Both the position numbers and the translations under genes were made by a program. Shown here piece after piece: positions 37,391 through 47,037 of a stretch of DNA of 53,214 nt. The stretch's first letter is position 1. Each line of letters begins with the position of its first letter. The DNA lies in the NCBI GenBank assembly GCA_005239475.1, contig SPAX01000022.1, positions 1 to 53,214 on the forward strand. The letters run 5' to 3'. This DNA comes from Nitrospira sp. Lineage in GTDB: Bacteria > Nitrospirota > Nitrospiria > Nitrospirales > Nitrospiraceae. The notes under the pieces are model-generated. The model ran no database searches and was not told where the DNA came from. It saw only the letters and a list, made by a program, of their open reading frames with translations.

Positions 37391-38023
37391 CTAAAAGAAA
37401 AGTTTGGCGCCGAAGAGGAAGCCGAAAGACGAAGCGTTCCAGTCGTTATTGCGGTTCCCGTTCACCGTCGCATGTCCGTCATTACGTTTGTAGGCCATTT
37501 CCGCGTTGAGGGCAAACTGTTTGTTAAGCATGTAGTCGGCGCCCCAGCCGAGTCGCCAGGCGAAGGTGTTACTGGGGGAGATACGAGTTGAGCTGTTTTC
37601 ACCAAAACTGTTCACATTCACCCCAAAACTCATGTTGGCATAGGGGCTGATCGGGCCAAATCGTACCGGACGTACCTCGACTGTCGGCAGCACTGATACG
37701 GTGTCTTGATGGCCCCAATCACGGTAGGGTCGTTCTTGATCCACACCATGACGTTCCCACTCCAACATCATCCCGGCTAAGAGCCACTTGTTGAGACTAT
37801 ACATCGCTTGGAAATTGACCAAGGAGCCCACACTGGTTGAGCTATTAGCAGTTAACGATTGTGTCAATGGCGCAAACCCTGCCCGCATACCGAGCACGAC
37901 TTTGCCTGGCTCTATTCCGCCCTGTTCCATCTTCCATTCTTCCGCGCTTGCCTGGCTGCCTAGAACGAGCGCGCTTATCACCATGAATCCCAGCAACCCC
38001 CAACGAGCTATAACGACACCCAT
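37391..38023 (-). CDS. Small outer-membrane beta-barrel protein (OmpW/porin-like).
   Basis: Internal ATG after GGAGGA gives a signal peptide ..VLGSQASAEE. Alternating beta-strand pattern. C-terminal ..FGFLFGAKLFF with a terminal Phe. Confidence 0.65.
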   Translation of the reverse strand: MGVVIARWGLLGFMVISALVLGSQASAEEWKMEQGGIEPGKVVLGMRAGFAPLTQSLTANSSTSVGSLVNFQAMYSLNKWLLAGMMLEWERHGVDQERPYRDWGHQDTVSVLPTVEVRPVRFGPISPYANMSFGVNVNSFGENSSTRISPSNTFAWRLGWGADYMLNKQFALNAEMAYKRNDGHATVNGNRNNDWNASSFGFLFGAKLFF

Positions 38024-38333
38024 ATAAAAAAATCCTCCGTGATGTAATGATGTAAATAGGCTACAGACACGCGTTCTATCCACATTACAACGCAAGTTCG
38101 GTACCCATATTTCCCTTGAATCGATTGTAGTCTGGTGAAGGGAATCGCTCAATAAAAATAAAAGCTTAGGCCTATCATGCTTGTTGGGCGATTTAGGGGC
38201 AGTCATGGTGCCGTTTTGCTTATGGAATAATGACTCATTACCGACACAGTTTAGTATCTGTAACCCTACAGGGGGAGAGACAACATAAAAATGGTTAAGG
38301 ACTTAGCTGGCACAACGTGGCAAGGAGTTGAGT

Positions 38334-39158
38334 TCAACCGAGGGCGAGAGACCGCCGCTGTCTCTTGGGAGAAAAAATGACCGCAACAAAGAATAGCAGT
38401 GTGGCGAGCAGCACAATGGCAGGACCGGAAGGGATATCCCAGTAAGAGGAGATGAGTACTCCCCCGACTGAGCAGGTGATTCCAATGAGGACCGAATACC
38501 AGGTCAGCGTCGAGAGACTATGCGTCAGTTGGTAGGCGGTGGAGGCAGGAATCAGGATCATCGCGAAGACAAGAATCGCGCCGACGGTCTTGAGAGAGAT
38601 CACCACCGTGAGGGCGACTAGGGTCAGCAAGAGGAAAAATATGCGCCGGGCCGGCACTCCGGAGGCTTCCGCCATTTCTTGGTCGAAGGCGATGAAGTAG
38701 AGTTCTTTCGAGAAGAGCACAATCGCACCGATGACGACGATGCTCAATCCGGTAATGATGCCTAGTTCCTCGCTGGTTACGGCAAGCACATTTCCAAAGA
38801 GGTAGCCATAGACCTCGGCATTATAGGTCTTCATCAGACCGATGAAGAGAATCGCAAGGGCCATGGTGGCGGTGTAGAGAATGCCGATGGAGACATCCAG
38901 CTTCATCCGGCCTTTTTCTTCCACCCATCCCGTGATCCAGACTGTGGCGAGGCCAAAGAGCATGGCCATGAGCAGCGGTGGCCAGCCCATGAGATAGCCG
39001 AGCGCGACTCCGGCAAACGCCGCATGGGCCGTGCCGGCTCCCATAAACGCCAACCCTCGTAGCACGACGAAGACACCGATTGTCGAGCACAAGGCGCCAA
39101 CGAGCGCAGCCGCTAGGAGAGAACGCTGTATAAAGTCGTATGCGAGCAGGTCAAGCAT
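38334..39158 (-). CDS. znuB: Metal (Zn/Mn) ABC transporter permease, ABC-3 family.
   Basis: Multi-TM ABC-3 pattern. Last gene of the SBP-ATPase-permease operon. Confidence 0.8.
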   Translation of the reverse strand: MLDLLAYDFIQRSLLAAALVGALCSTIGVFVVLRGLAFMGAGTAHAAFAGVALGYLMGWPPLLMAMLFGLATVWITGWVEEKGRMKLDVSIGILYTATMALAILFIGLMKTYNAEVYGYLFGNVLAVTSEELGIITGLSIVVIGAIVLFSKELYFIAFDQEMAEASGVPARRIFFLLLTLVALTVVISLKTVGAILVFAMILIPASTAYQLTHSLSTLTWYSVLIGITCSVGGVLISSYWDIPSGPAIVLLATLLFFVAVIFSPKRQRRSLALG

Positions 39159-39170
39159 CGTAGTGAATGG

Positions 39171-39962
39171 TCAATGATGGTGGTGGTAGTCTTCGACGAT
39201 AACGAGATCGTTCTCTGTAATAACAAGGTCTTTCCCATAGACCTGGCTGAGGATGTCTGGTTTCAGCACATCGGCAGGCGGCCCTGCGGCGTAGAGGCGG
39301 GTCTTGAGGAGCACGAGCCGGTCTACCCGCGAACGGATCATATTGATGTCATGGGTGATCAAGAGGACTGTCAAGCCTAACTCTTCGTGCAGATGCTGCA
39401 CCAACTCGACAACACTGTGCTGCGTCGTGATATCCAGTCCAGTCGTAGGCTCGTCGAGCAACAACACATCTGGCTGCTGGGCCAACGCTCTGGCGATGAA
39501 GACCCGCTGTTGTTGTCCTCCGGAGAGGTGGCCCAGCGCGCTTTCTCGATGCCCCTCCATCCCCACGTGAGCCAGGGCGTTCAGCGCGATCTTGAGATCT
39601 TTCCCTGATGGCCGCGTGAACAGACCTAAGGCGCCGTACCGTCCCATCATGACGGTTTCCAGTACTGTGACGGGAAAGTTACGATCAACCACTCCCTTCT
39701 GAGGCAGGTAGCCGATCCTGGCCCGGTGGTGACAGCGTAGCTCATCACAGGCACAATCGAAAATTCTGAGATGACCTTTTAGCGGGGCCATTAAACCGAG
39801 GACCGCGCGGCAGAGAGTCGTCTTTCCGGACCCGTTGGGGCCGATGACCCCCACGAACTCGCCGGATTGAATCTCGAGCGAGATATCCTCAAGTGCAACC
39901 ACCCCAGGGAACCCAAAGGTGGCATGATCGAAGTGAATGATAGGGAGCGACTGACCTGCCAT
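39171..39962 (-). CDS. znuC: Metal ABC transporter ATP-binding protein.
   Basis: GPNGSGKTT, LSGGQQQRV and LLLDEPT motifs. The C-terminus ends in HHHH. Confidence 0.8.
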   Translation of the reverse strand: MAGQSLPIIHFDHATFGFPGVVALEDISLEIQSGEFVGVIGPNGSGKTTLCRAVLGLMAPLKGHLRIFDCACDELRCHHRARIGYLPQKGVVDRNFPVTVLETVMMGRYGALGLFTRPSGKDLKIALNALAHVGMEGHRESALGHLSGGQQQRVFIARALAQQPDVLLLDEPTTGLDITTQHSVVELVQHLHEELGLTVLLITHDINMIRSRVDRLVLLKTRLYAAGPPADVLKPDILSQVYGKDLVITENDLVIVEDYHHHH

Positions 39963-40015
39963 GTCGGTGAGGACTCCTCTCAGTCCAAGCCGCTGAAACC
40001 GCGGCCTATCACCCG

Positions 40016-40963
40016 CTAGGCCGCACCCAGCGCGTTGACCAATTGGAGCACATTATAACGGAGCATGTCGAGATAGGTTTCTGTGTGCGGGAGGCCTCCC
40101 GGAAGAGTAGTGAGCACCACCACGCGCGCGCCGGTCTCTTTGGCCAACAGCTCGGGAGTCTTTTGGCTCAGCTGAATTTCCGAGACCACGACTTTGATCC
40201 GGTCCTTTTTGATCTTCACTATGAGGCCGTGAAGATGGAGCGCCGATGGTTCGCTGCCGGATTGGGGTTGGATCGTTCCGACAATCTGAAAACCGAAGCG
40301 CCTCGCGAAGTACGGCCAGGCCGGATGATGAGCGATAAATCGCCGGTCGGCCAGGCGTGTGATCCGTTCACTCAGGTCTCCTCGAAGTTGGTCCAGCTTC
40401 CGAAGGTAGGAGGCCTGATTGGTTCGGTACTCCGTCGCATGGGTCGGGTCTACCTGAATGAGCGCTTCCGTGATGTGCCGCATCATGGTCATCGCGTTCT
40501 CAGGGTCCATCCATACGTGAGGATTCCCACGTTCGTCTTCTTCGCCGGCATGAACCGCGCCGTCATGGTCTGGTCTGTCGCGGAGAAGTGCGATGCCTTT
40601 GGAGGTGGTGACGACCCGGAGTGATGCGCCGCCGGCATTCTTCACCAACGAAGAGACCCAGACTTCAAGGCCGATACCGATTTCGAACAGCAGCCGGGCT
40701 TTCCGAACGGCGACGAGATCACTCGGTTTGGGGGAATAGGTATGTTCGTTTTCATAGCCGCTCAGTAGGGAGGTCACCCGTACGTGGGGTCCGCCGACTT
40801 GTTCAGTCAGGTCCTTCAAGACAGGAATCGTGACCACGATATTGAGGGGTTCTGGAGGTGTGGCGGCAAGAACCAGAGGTGCGGCAAGCACACTGTGGCT
40901 AATGAGGATCGCCAAGAGTAGGCGCATCAATTGGAGATTCAGCATGGGCGAGAACGCTAACAT
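40016..40963 (-). CDS. znuA: Periplasmic metal-binding protein, TroA/ZnuA family, with a His/acidic loop.
   Basis: Signal peptide. ..YENEHTYSP.., loop DHDGAVHAGEEDERGNPHVWMDP, and HPAWPYFARRFG. Confidence 0.8.
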   Translation of the reverse strand: MLAFSPMLNLQLMRLLLAILISHSVLAAPLVLAATPPEPLNIVVTIPVLKDLTEQVGGPHVRVTSLLSGYENEHTYSPKPSDLVAVRKARLLFEIGIGLEVWVSSLVKNAGGASLRVVTTSKGIALLRDRPDHDGAVHAGEEDERGNPHVWMDPENAMTMMRHITEALIQVDPTHATEYRTNQASYLRKLDQLRGDLSERITRLADRRFIAHHPAWPYFARRFGFQIVGTIQPQSGSEPSALHLHGLIVKIKKDRIKVVVSEIQLSQKTPELLAKETGARVVVLTTLPGGLPHTETYLDMLRYNVLQLVNALGAA

Positions 40964-41106
40964 TGGGTTCCTTGGTTGTCAACGCAACGACTTAGGTTGA
41001 TTTCGAGAGTTCTGTGGTGATTTCTCCCCTGCTTGACCCCGCCGGACAGTTCCATTAGCGTAGCGATCGACAGCTCTTGCTAGACGATCACTGGAGGGGT
41101 CAAGGA

Positions 41107-42282
41107 ATGCATGTCGTGGGACTGATGTCTGGAACATCCGGCGATGGTGTCGATGCTGCCCTTGTGGACATTACTGGGCGAGGTCGCTCCCTGAAGGCAC
41201 GGACGCTTGCGGCACACACGCTGGCCTATCCACGCTCGTTACAACAGCGCATTCTCTCCGCGTCGGTTTCGGGGACGGTCGCAGATGTGTGTCATCTCAA
41301 TGCGTTGCTTGGTGAATGGTTCGCGAACGCGGCGCTGCGCGTGATTCGGCAGGCGAAACTCCAGCCGAGCGATGTGGCGTTGATCGGCTCTCATGGGCAA
41401 ACCGTGCACCATCTTCCTCATAGTATCCATGCGCCGGGAGTCGGCGCCATTCGTTCCACTCTGCAAATCGCCGAGCCGGCGGTGATTGCCGAACGAACAG
41501 GGATTACGACCGTTGCCAATTTCCGTTCGCGTGACATCGCCGCAGGAGGTCAAGGGGCTCCGCTGACGCCCGTGGCACATGCGCTGCTCTTGAAACATGC
41601 ATGTCGCGCGCGGTTGGTGGTGAATCTCGGGGGCATCAGCAACGTGACGTATGTGCCGAAAGGGGGACACCTCAGCGGGGTGCAGGCATTCGATACGGGG
41701 CCGGCCAATATGGTGCTGGATAGTCTTATGGTGCGTGTGACCGACGGGCGACTGCTGATGGATCGTGATGGAAAATTGGCCATGAAAGGGCAGGTCGATT
41801 CACGACTGTTGGGCAAGCTGCTCGCGCATCCCTTTCTGTCCAAGAGGCCGCCCAAATCGACCGGGCGTGAAGCATTCGGTCCTGCTCTCATCGAGGAACT
41901 GCTCGCGATTCAGCTGCAACGCAGTCTCTCGATCGAGGATCTGTTGGCGACCTGCAGTATGTGGACGGCCAAGGCAGTGGGAACTTCGCGACGGTGGATC
42001 AGTGGGGAGATCGATGAAGTGGTGGTGGGCGGCGGTGGCGTCCGTAACCGTGCGATCATGAGCCATCTCGCAACGGTCTTCGCCCCGGTTCCGGTCACCA
42101 CATTTGAGACCCTGGGGTGGGACAGTAAGGTGTTCGAGGCAGTGGCCTTTGCTCTTTTGGCCTATCAAACCGTGACTGGGCAGTGGGGCAACATTCCGTC
42201 TGTGACAGGCGCGAACCATCCGGTACTCCTTGGCACGATTGTCCCGAACGGGCCTCGCTGGCGTGAATCCCTTCCTGCCTGA
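41107..42282 (+). CDS. anmK: Anhydro-N-acetylmuramic acid kinase.
   Basis: MHVVGLMSGTSGDGVDAALV N-terminus. Also NLGGISN, FDTGP.N and GGGVRN. Confidence 0.9.
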   Translation: MHVVGLMSGTSGDGVDAALVDITGRGRSLKARTLAAHTLAYPRSLQQRILSASVSGTVADVCHLNALLGEWFANAALRVIRQAKLQPSDVALIGSHGQTVHHLPHSIHAPGVGAIRSTLQIAEPAVIAERTGITTVANFRSRDIAAGGQGAPLTPVAHALLLKHACRARLVVNLGGISNVTYVPKGGHLSGVQAFDTGPANMVLDSLMVRVTDGRLLMDRDGKLAMKGQVDSRLLGKLLAHPFLSKRPPKSTGREAFGPALIEELLAIQLQRSLSIEDLLATCSMWTAKAVGTSRRWISGEIDEVVVGGGGVRNRAIMSHLATVFAPVPVTTFETLGWDSKVFEAVAFALLAYQTVTGQWGNIPSVTGANHPVLLGTIVPNGPRWRESLPA

Positions 42283-42293
42283 TAGTTGCCGTC

Positions 42294-42806
42294 ATGGAGA
42301 ATGTATTCATCGGTCTTGCCATCGCGTTCCTGGCTTTCCTGATCTGGCGGCTGAGGGTCTCGTCAACCAGTGGTCCAGTCAGGAAAGAGACTTTTGTCCT
42401 TCCTCCTGGCGTCACGCTACGTCCCCAGCCTCTGCTAACTGACACCGATCTCTTGCTCTACAATCTCATACGTTTGGCCGTGGAAGACCATTATCTTGTC
42501 TTTGCAAGAGTTCCGCTCTGGTCTGTTGTCAGCGTCGAGGCCGAAGGAAAGGCTCGGTCGCAGGTGTTGAGACAGATCGCGCTGAAGCAACTCGACTTTG
42601 TGTTGGTCCACCCAGGAACGAAGGCTGCGGAGCAGGTTGTGTTGCTTGAAGAAGGTTTCCCCCCTCAGCCACACGAGGTCGCTCGGAAGCGGGAGATCCA
42701 GTCTGTCCTACAGGCTGCCGGCATCACGCTGACCACCTTGAAGCCCCAGACATCCTATACGGTGCCTCAACTGGCTCAGCTGTTTGGCGTTGGCGATGAC
42801 GAGTGA
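42294..42806 (+). CDS. Membrane-anchored DUF2726-like protein (tentative).
   Basis: N-terminal TM (IGLAIAFLAFLIW). ..YLVFARVPLWSVV..(x18)..LKQLDFVLVHP.. resembles the DUF2726 core. Confidence 0.5.
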   Translation: MENVFIGLAIAFLAFLIWRLRVSSTSGPVRKETFVLPPGVTLRPQPLLTDTDLLLYNLIRLAVEDHYLVFARVPLWSVVSVEAEGKARSQVLRQIALKQLDFVLVHPGTKAAEQVVLLEEGFPPQPHEVARKREIQSVLQAAGITLTTLKPQTSYTVPQLAQLFGVGDDE

Positions 42807-42856
42807 CTGCCACCGCGTATATTGCCGACACGTCTGTTACCTGGCTTGAGGTGAAG

Positions 42857-43372
42857 CTAATCGGAAGAGTTGTTGCCGGTCAGTTGAGGGGTCGATTCCT
42901 CATCCCGCATCGGCGCCGCGTCAAGGGCTTTTCGTGCCGACTCTGCTTCAGCACTTTCAGGATATTCATCGATCACTCGCTCGTACATCATACGAGCTTT
43001 TTCGTGATTCTTCAGCCTGGTGTAGGTTTGTCCGATCTTTAGGGTAGAGGCAGCATACTTCGGACTGAGGGGGTAGTAAGACACGACGTGGTAGAAGGAT
43101 TTCAAGGCTTCCTTGTGGCGCCCTAATCGGTACTGACATTCACCCACCCAGTATTGTGCGTTGGCTGCCAGCGAGGACTGCCCGTGGAGTTCGAGAAAGA
43201 ATCGAAAACCAGCCAGCGCGGCCTCGTAATCCCTGTGCTTGAACTCCTCCATCACTCGATCATAGAGGTGTCGAGACGAGTCCTGCATGTTGGAGGGGGC
43301 GGCGACGGCGAGATTGAGAGAAAACAGCACCGCGATCATTCCCGGGAGCACGATCATTAGCGTCTTCATCAT
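42857..43372 (-). CDS. Exported TPR-repeat protein (YbgF/CpoB C-terminal-domain-like).
   Basis: Signal peptide ..SLNLAVAAP. TPR motifs: YEAALAGFRFFLE.., AQYWVGECQYRLGRHKEALKSF.., LKIGQTYTRLKNHEKARMMYERVI... GGAGG SD. Confidence 0.65.
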   Translation of the reverse strand: MMKTLMIVLPGMIAVLFSLNLAVAAPSNMQDSSRHLYDRVMEEFKHRDYEAALAGFRFFLELHGQSSLAANAQYWVGECQYRLGRHKEALKSFYHVVSYYPLSPKYAASTLKIGQTYTRLKNHEKARMMYERVIDEYPESAEAESARKALDAAPMRDEESTPQLTGNNSSD

Positions 43373-43628
43373 AATGCCTCCTTACTGCTCGGCAAAGGCT
43401 CGGTATCCATCCTCCCGTGATGTCGCAATCGTCGTGCCACTATGCAGCTATCCGGCGTGGCGAAAACCGACGACAATCCAGGAGCTTGGCGCCATTCGAT
43501 GCCAGGAATTGCTGAATGACTACCCCTGCCTGAGCGACAGATTTGTACGATTTGTGCGTGGATCTTCGCTTGACAAAAGGGAGCCCACTACTCAGCAAAG
43601 TGGCTTCGGTAAACGCTTTGTGGAGAAC

Positions 43629-43657
43629 TTGACTTGCTTGTTCGTGGTCGAAATAAT
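43629..43657 (+). promoter_or_regulatory. Candidate sigma70-type promoter directly upstream of the nonamer array.
   Basis: TTGACT, a 17-nt spacer, then AATAAT. The array starts about 8 nt downstream. Confidence 0.4.
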
Positions 43658-43664
43658 GCCGCTC

Positions 43665-43781
43665 GGTCTGTCTGGTTCATCTAGTTTCTCTGGTCTATCT
43701 GGTTTGTTTCGTTTATTTCGTTGGTCTTGTTCAACCAAACAGACGAGACAGACCAGGCAGACCAAATGAACAAGAAAGGCG
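43665..43781. repeat. Nonamer-period repeat array: about 8 direct units followed by about 4-5 units in inverted orientation.
   Basis: Direct units: ggtctgtct ggttcatct agtttctct ggtctatct ggtttgttt cgtttattt cgttggtct tgttcaacc. Inverted units: aaacagacg agacagacc aggcagacc aaatgaaca agaaaggcg. AGACAGACC is the exact reverse complement of the first unit. Confidence 0.8.
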
Positions 43782-43799
43782 CGGTGAAGGGAGTTGGAC

Positions 43800-44588
43800 A
43801 TGATGACTGATCCTCCACCGAATCCACTCGGCGGAAAGACTTTGATCGTCGACGCGAATGACGGCGACTCGTATCCGCGACCCAGTGCGGCACTACTCGA
43901 TGCAGGAGAGCATGACCAGGTTTTTGTTCGTCCTGGGATCTATGAGGACAAAGTCTTTATCACCGGGCGACCGATTCATTTGGTGGGGGCAGGTCGAGAC
44001 GAGGTGCAGATTTTTTCCCGTCGTGGGGGACCTCTCTATCTCCAGCAGGTCCCAAGCGGTCGCATCTCCGGTATCACGTTTCGATACGTCGGAAGCGACC
44101 AGAATTCCGCGATGAACCTGCTCGATTCCTCTTGTGCTGTGACACAATGCCGTGCCACGGAGGGTATTCTGTCCGGTGTGGTGATCTATGGCTCTCAGTC
44201 ACGCCCGACATTTATCGAAAACGAAGTTTGCGGCAACCGCGAATCGGGGATTTTTGTGTTTGCCGGGGCACAGCCGAGGATCGCCGACAATGTCTGCAGG
44301 GGCAACCACCATTTCGGTATTGCGGTGCGCGATCCTGGGAGCCATCCGGAACTCGTCAGGAACCGGTGTCGTGAGAATATGCTGAGCGGGATTCTCCTCT
44401 TTCATCACGCGGAAGCGCTCCTCGTCGACAATACGTGCATCGAGAATCAGCACTGGGGGATGGTGATGACTCCCGACTGCAACACTACTCCCGGTCGGGA
44501 GGCGCTCGACACCTCAAACATTCTTGCCCCCAATCCGCGCGGGACCTTGATCGTGACGGACCAGCCGTTAGGTGACATCGGCCGGTGA
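43800..44588 (+). CDS. Right-handed parallel beta-helix repeat protein (PbH1/NosD-like). No signal peptide is evident.
   Basis: GAAGGGAG SD. Repeated ..C.GN...GI.V.. turns: ENEVCGNRESGIFVF, ADNVCRGNHHFGIAVR, RNRCRENMLSGILLF, DNTCIENQHWGMVM. Confidence 0.7.
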   Translation: MMTDPPPNPLGGKTLIVDANDGDSYPRPSAALLDAGEHDQVFVRPGIYEDKVFITGRPIHLVGAGRDEVQIFSRRGGPLYLQQVPSGRISGITFRYVGSDQNSAMNLLDSSCAVTQCRATEGILSGVVIYGSQSRPTFIENEVCGNRESGIFVFAGAQPRIADNVCRGNHHFGIAVRDPGSHPELVRNRCRENMLSGILLFHHAEALLVDNTCIENQHWGMVMTPDCNTTPGREALDTSNILAPNPRGTLIVTDQPLGDIGR

Positions 44589-44712
44589 TGAGCCTGGATG
44601 TCGCGGAAACTGCAATCTGGGAATAAGTGCGTAGAATACAGAAGGCAAGGTCGGGGAGGAGTTTGAAGGCGTTCCCAGTCTTGATTCCGTCTACGTCGAT
44701 AGTGCGGATTCG

Positions 44713-45636
44713 TTACGGAAGGAGATTGGCCGAGTGAGTTCCAGAGGCTTCGTGAAGGTGAAACGCACTGCCGCCTTGCTGTTTCGCTCGATACATCGCC
44801 GTGTCCGCATGCTTCAGTAATTCGTCGACGGGATGGTCGTCGTGAGGGTAAATCGTAATTCCGATGCTGACGCCGATGGAGATGTGGTGCCCCTTTAACT
44901 CGAACGCCGTGGCAATGGATTCCGTGATGCGCTTCGCTACTACAAGGATATTCTGTTCGGAAGCGACCCCTTCTAGAATAATCGTGAACTCGTCCCCGCC
45001 CATCCGGGCTACGGTATCGACTTCCCGCACACAGGTCTTGAGTCGCTCAGATACGGCCTTGAGTAGTTCGTCACCCATGTCGTGGCCGAAGGTATCATTC
45101 ACCGCTTTGAAACGATCAAGATCGAGGAGCATGAGACCAATCGGCTGATGCATGCGCTTGCTTCGAGCCATGGCTTGAACCAGCCGATCACGAAAGAGGG
45201 TACGATTTACCAGCCCGGTCAAGTGATCGTACTGTGCGAGGTAGGTCAGGCGTTCTTCAGAGCGTTTCCGCTCAATGGCATAGCGGACGGCACGAGCTAA
45301 CAGCTCGGGATGACCCTGACCTTTGACGAGATAATCCTGTGCCCCCTGTTGGACAGCTTGAAGAGCCAGGCTTTGGTCGCTCACGCCGCTCAGGACGACG
45401 ACAGGGGTCGTCGGACTGGTGGCATGGACCTGTCTGACCGTCGGGAGACCGAACGCATCCGGGAGAGACAGGTCCAAGAGCACGGCATCGAATCGCTCAC
45501 GGCCGAGAAGCGTGAGCCCTTCTCCCAACGTTTTCGCACGAGTAATCTGGAACTCCTCGATGCTCCATTCAGAAAGAAGATCCTGCGTGAGCTGAGCGTC
45601 GACGTCATTGTCTTCGACGAGGAGCACTTTGATCAT
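44713..45636 (-). CDS. Response regulator receiver fused to a GGDEF diguanylate cyclase.
   Basis: REC: MIKVLLVEDNDVD.. AVLLDLSLPD. GGDEF: RMGGDEFTII, with an RxxD-like I-site region upstream. Confidence 0.9.
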   Translation of the reverse strand: MIKVLLVEDNDVDAQLTQDLLSEWSIEEFQITRAKTLGEGLTLLGRERFDAVLLDLSLPDAFGLPTVRQVHATSPTTPVVVLSGVSDQSLALQAVQQGAQDYLVKGQGHPELLARAVRYAIERKRSEERLTYLAQYDHLTGLVNRTLFRDRLVQAMARSKRMHQPIGLMLLDLDRFKAVNDTFGHDMGDELLKAVSERLKTCVREVDTVARMGGDEFTIILEGVASEQNILVVAKRITESIATAFELKGHHISIGVSIGITIYPHDDHPVDELLKHADTAMYRAKQQGGSAFHLHEASGTHSANLLP

Positions 45637-45966
45637 CTGACACCCTCGCTATCGCGTGAACCCCTGAGTCCGGTTCCTAATGTTCAGATCTGGACCAGTT
45701 GCTGTGACGAGGCCAGCTACTATTGAGAGAGTGATTATAGCCAAGAGACGAGGGAGGATAAAGAAAATGCGAAAATACGGTAAGGGAGAGGCGTGAAACT
45801 CGAAAGGGGTTCCAGGCCACGGACAAGCGTAACGGCACAGGCCGCATGATACCACTCTCCCTGGTAAGACCATGACCGCCCCTTGTAGCAGATGCAAGCC
45901 AATAAGACTACGTAGGGCGGTCAAGAGGAACCACGGTGGACGATCTGGGATTCAGGCAACCTGGTT

Positions 45967-46344
45967 TTAGCCTACATGGAGTGCTTCAGCTCGGCGACGA
46001 ACCTCTTCGGCTTTTTGCGATTGTCCGAGGTTGTCGTAGAGTGAGGCGATATTCGCATGCAAGTGCGACAAGAGTTGTCCCAACTGTGCTTCCTGTGCGA
46101 TCACATTCGCTTCGAGCGCCAGTTTCTTTTCTTCACTCCGGCGGAAGCGTTCCTCAAGCCGCTGTACGAGTTGGATCCAGCCTCTGACCTTGCCGGAATC
46201 CAAGTCAGGGAGGGTCGGCAAGGCTTCAGCGCGATCGAGAGATTTTTCGGTTTGATTCATCCAATTGATGAAGACGAGAAAATCACCAAGCGTAATTTTT
46301 AGTGCGGATGAGGCGCCTTCTTCTTCGATGACCAGGTCTTCCAT
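45967..46344 (-). CDS. Hypothetical helical protein.
   Basis: AAGGAG SD 6 nt upstream of the ATG. Coiled-coil-like sequence with no known motif. Confidence 0.55.
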   Translation of the reverse strand: MEDLVIEEEGASSALKITLGDFLVFINWMNQTEKSLDRAEALPTLPDLDSGKVRGWIQLVQRLEERFRRSEEKKLALEANVIAQEAQLGQLLSHLHANIASLYDNLGQSQKAEEVRRRAEALHVG

Positions 46345-46685
46345 TACAACTCCTTGTGAAGAAAATTATTTCGAATAGTGTGTGGCAGACGAACGAAACA
46401 TTTCCGCAGAATCGCCGATGAAGTGATCTGTTACCGGCTCCTGAAGAGTAAATATCGCGGCGAGCTCCAAGCGAGCCACCTCCTTTCTATGTCTGGTTTC
46501 TGGCGAAAAACGGAGAGCAGGTTCAAGAGCGAGCACCCCATAGGCTACATCAGGTAGTGTTGGTCGAGTATTACTGCGCCAGCAGTGGTATTGTCAATAG
46601 TTCTCTTGGGGATTTATAACACGAAACTTCTCCTTGATTCTTCGGTATACGGACGAAGTCAAGAAGAGCAGGAAGTGGGCGATGA

Positions 46686-47006
46686 CTATCCTTGAGGTGA
46701 CAGGGGTGGAACGTTCGGATAGATTCCGCGTGGGAGGCGTTCTGGGCCAATGGTCCCTTCGCAGGCATACCCAGGCTCGAAGGGCCAGAGGAGGGATCGA
46801 CCTTCCCAAGAACCTCTTACCTGAATCGTGCGAAACGTTACCCCAAGTCGAACCGCCTCCTCTCGCATCGTGGAGAGGCAGCCTTCGTAGGAATAGGCGC
46901 GGCGACCCAGTATGATCGGTTGGCCCGTCTGGTTATGGAACACAGTATAGGGCTCAGCGCAGCCTGCCAGGAGCAGTATCATGATGAGCAGAAGACTTCT
47001 CGTCAT
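46686..47006 (-). CDS. Small putative lipoprotein.
   Basis: Lipobox LLLAGCAEP. AAGGAT SD. Lies 31 nt downstream of the PilZ gene on the same strand. Confidence 0.55.
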   Translation of the reverse strand: MTRSLLLIMILLLAGCAEPYTVFHNQTGQPIILGRRAYSYEGCLSTMREEAVRLGVTFRTIQVRGSWEGRSLLWPFEPGYACEGTIGPERLPRGIYPNVPPLSPQG

Positions 47007-47037
47007 GCGCCGTTATCCTTACGAACTCGTGTGATGA

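Noticed and set aside
38076-38084. DnaA-box-like CTATCCACA in the AT-rich spacer upstream of the small OMP gene.
   Set aside because: It is a single 8/9 match with no cluster. It is more simply part of an AT-rich promoter region.
43665-43781. Repeat arrays (also 9403-9444, 31137-31185 and 36511-36594) as CRISPR arrays or coding low-complexity repeats.
   Set aside because: The units are only 7-9 nt, directly abutting, with no spacers and no cas genes. The ORFs crossing them (43287..43769, 43592..43801) are artefacts of the periodicity.
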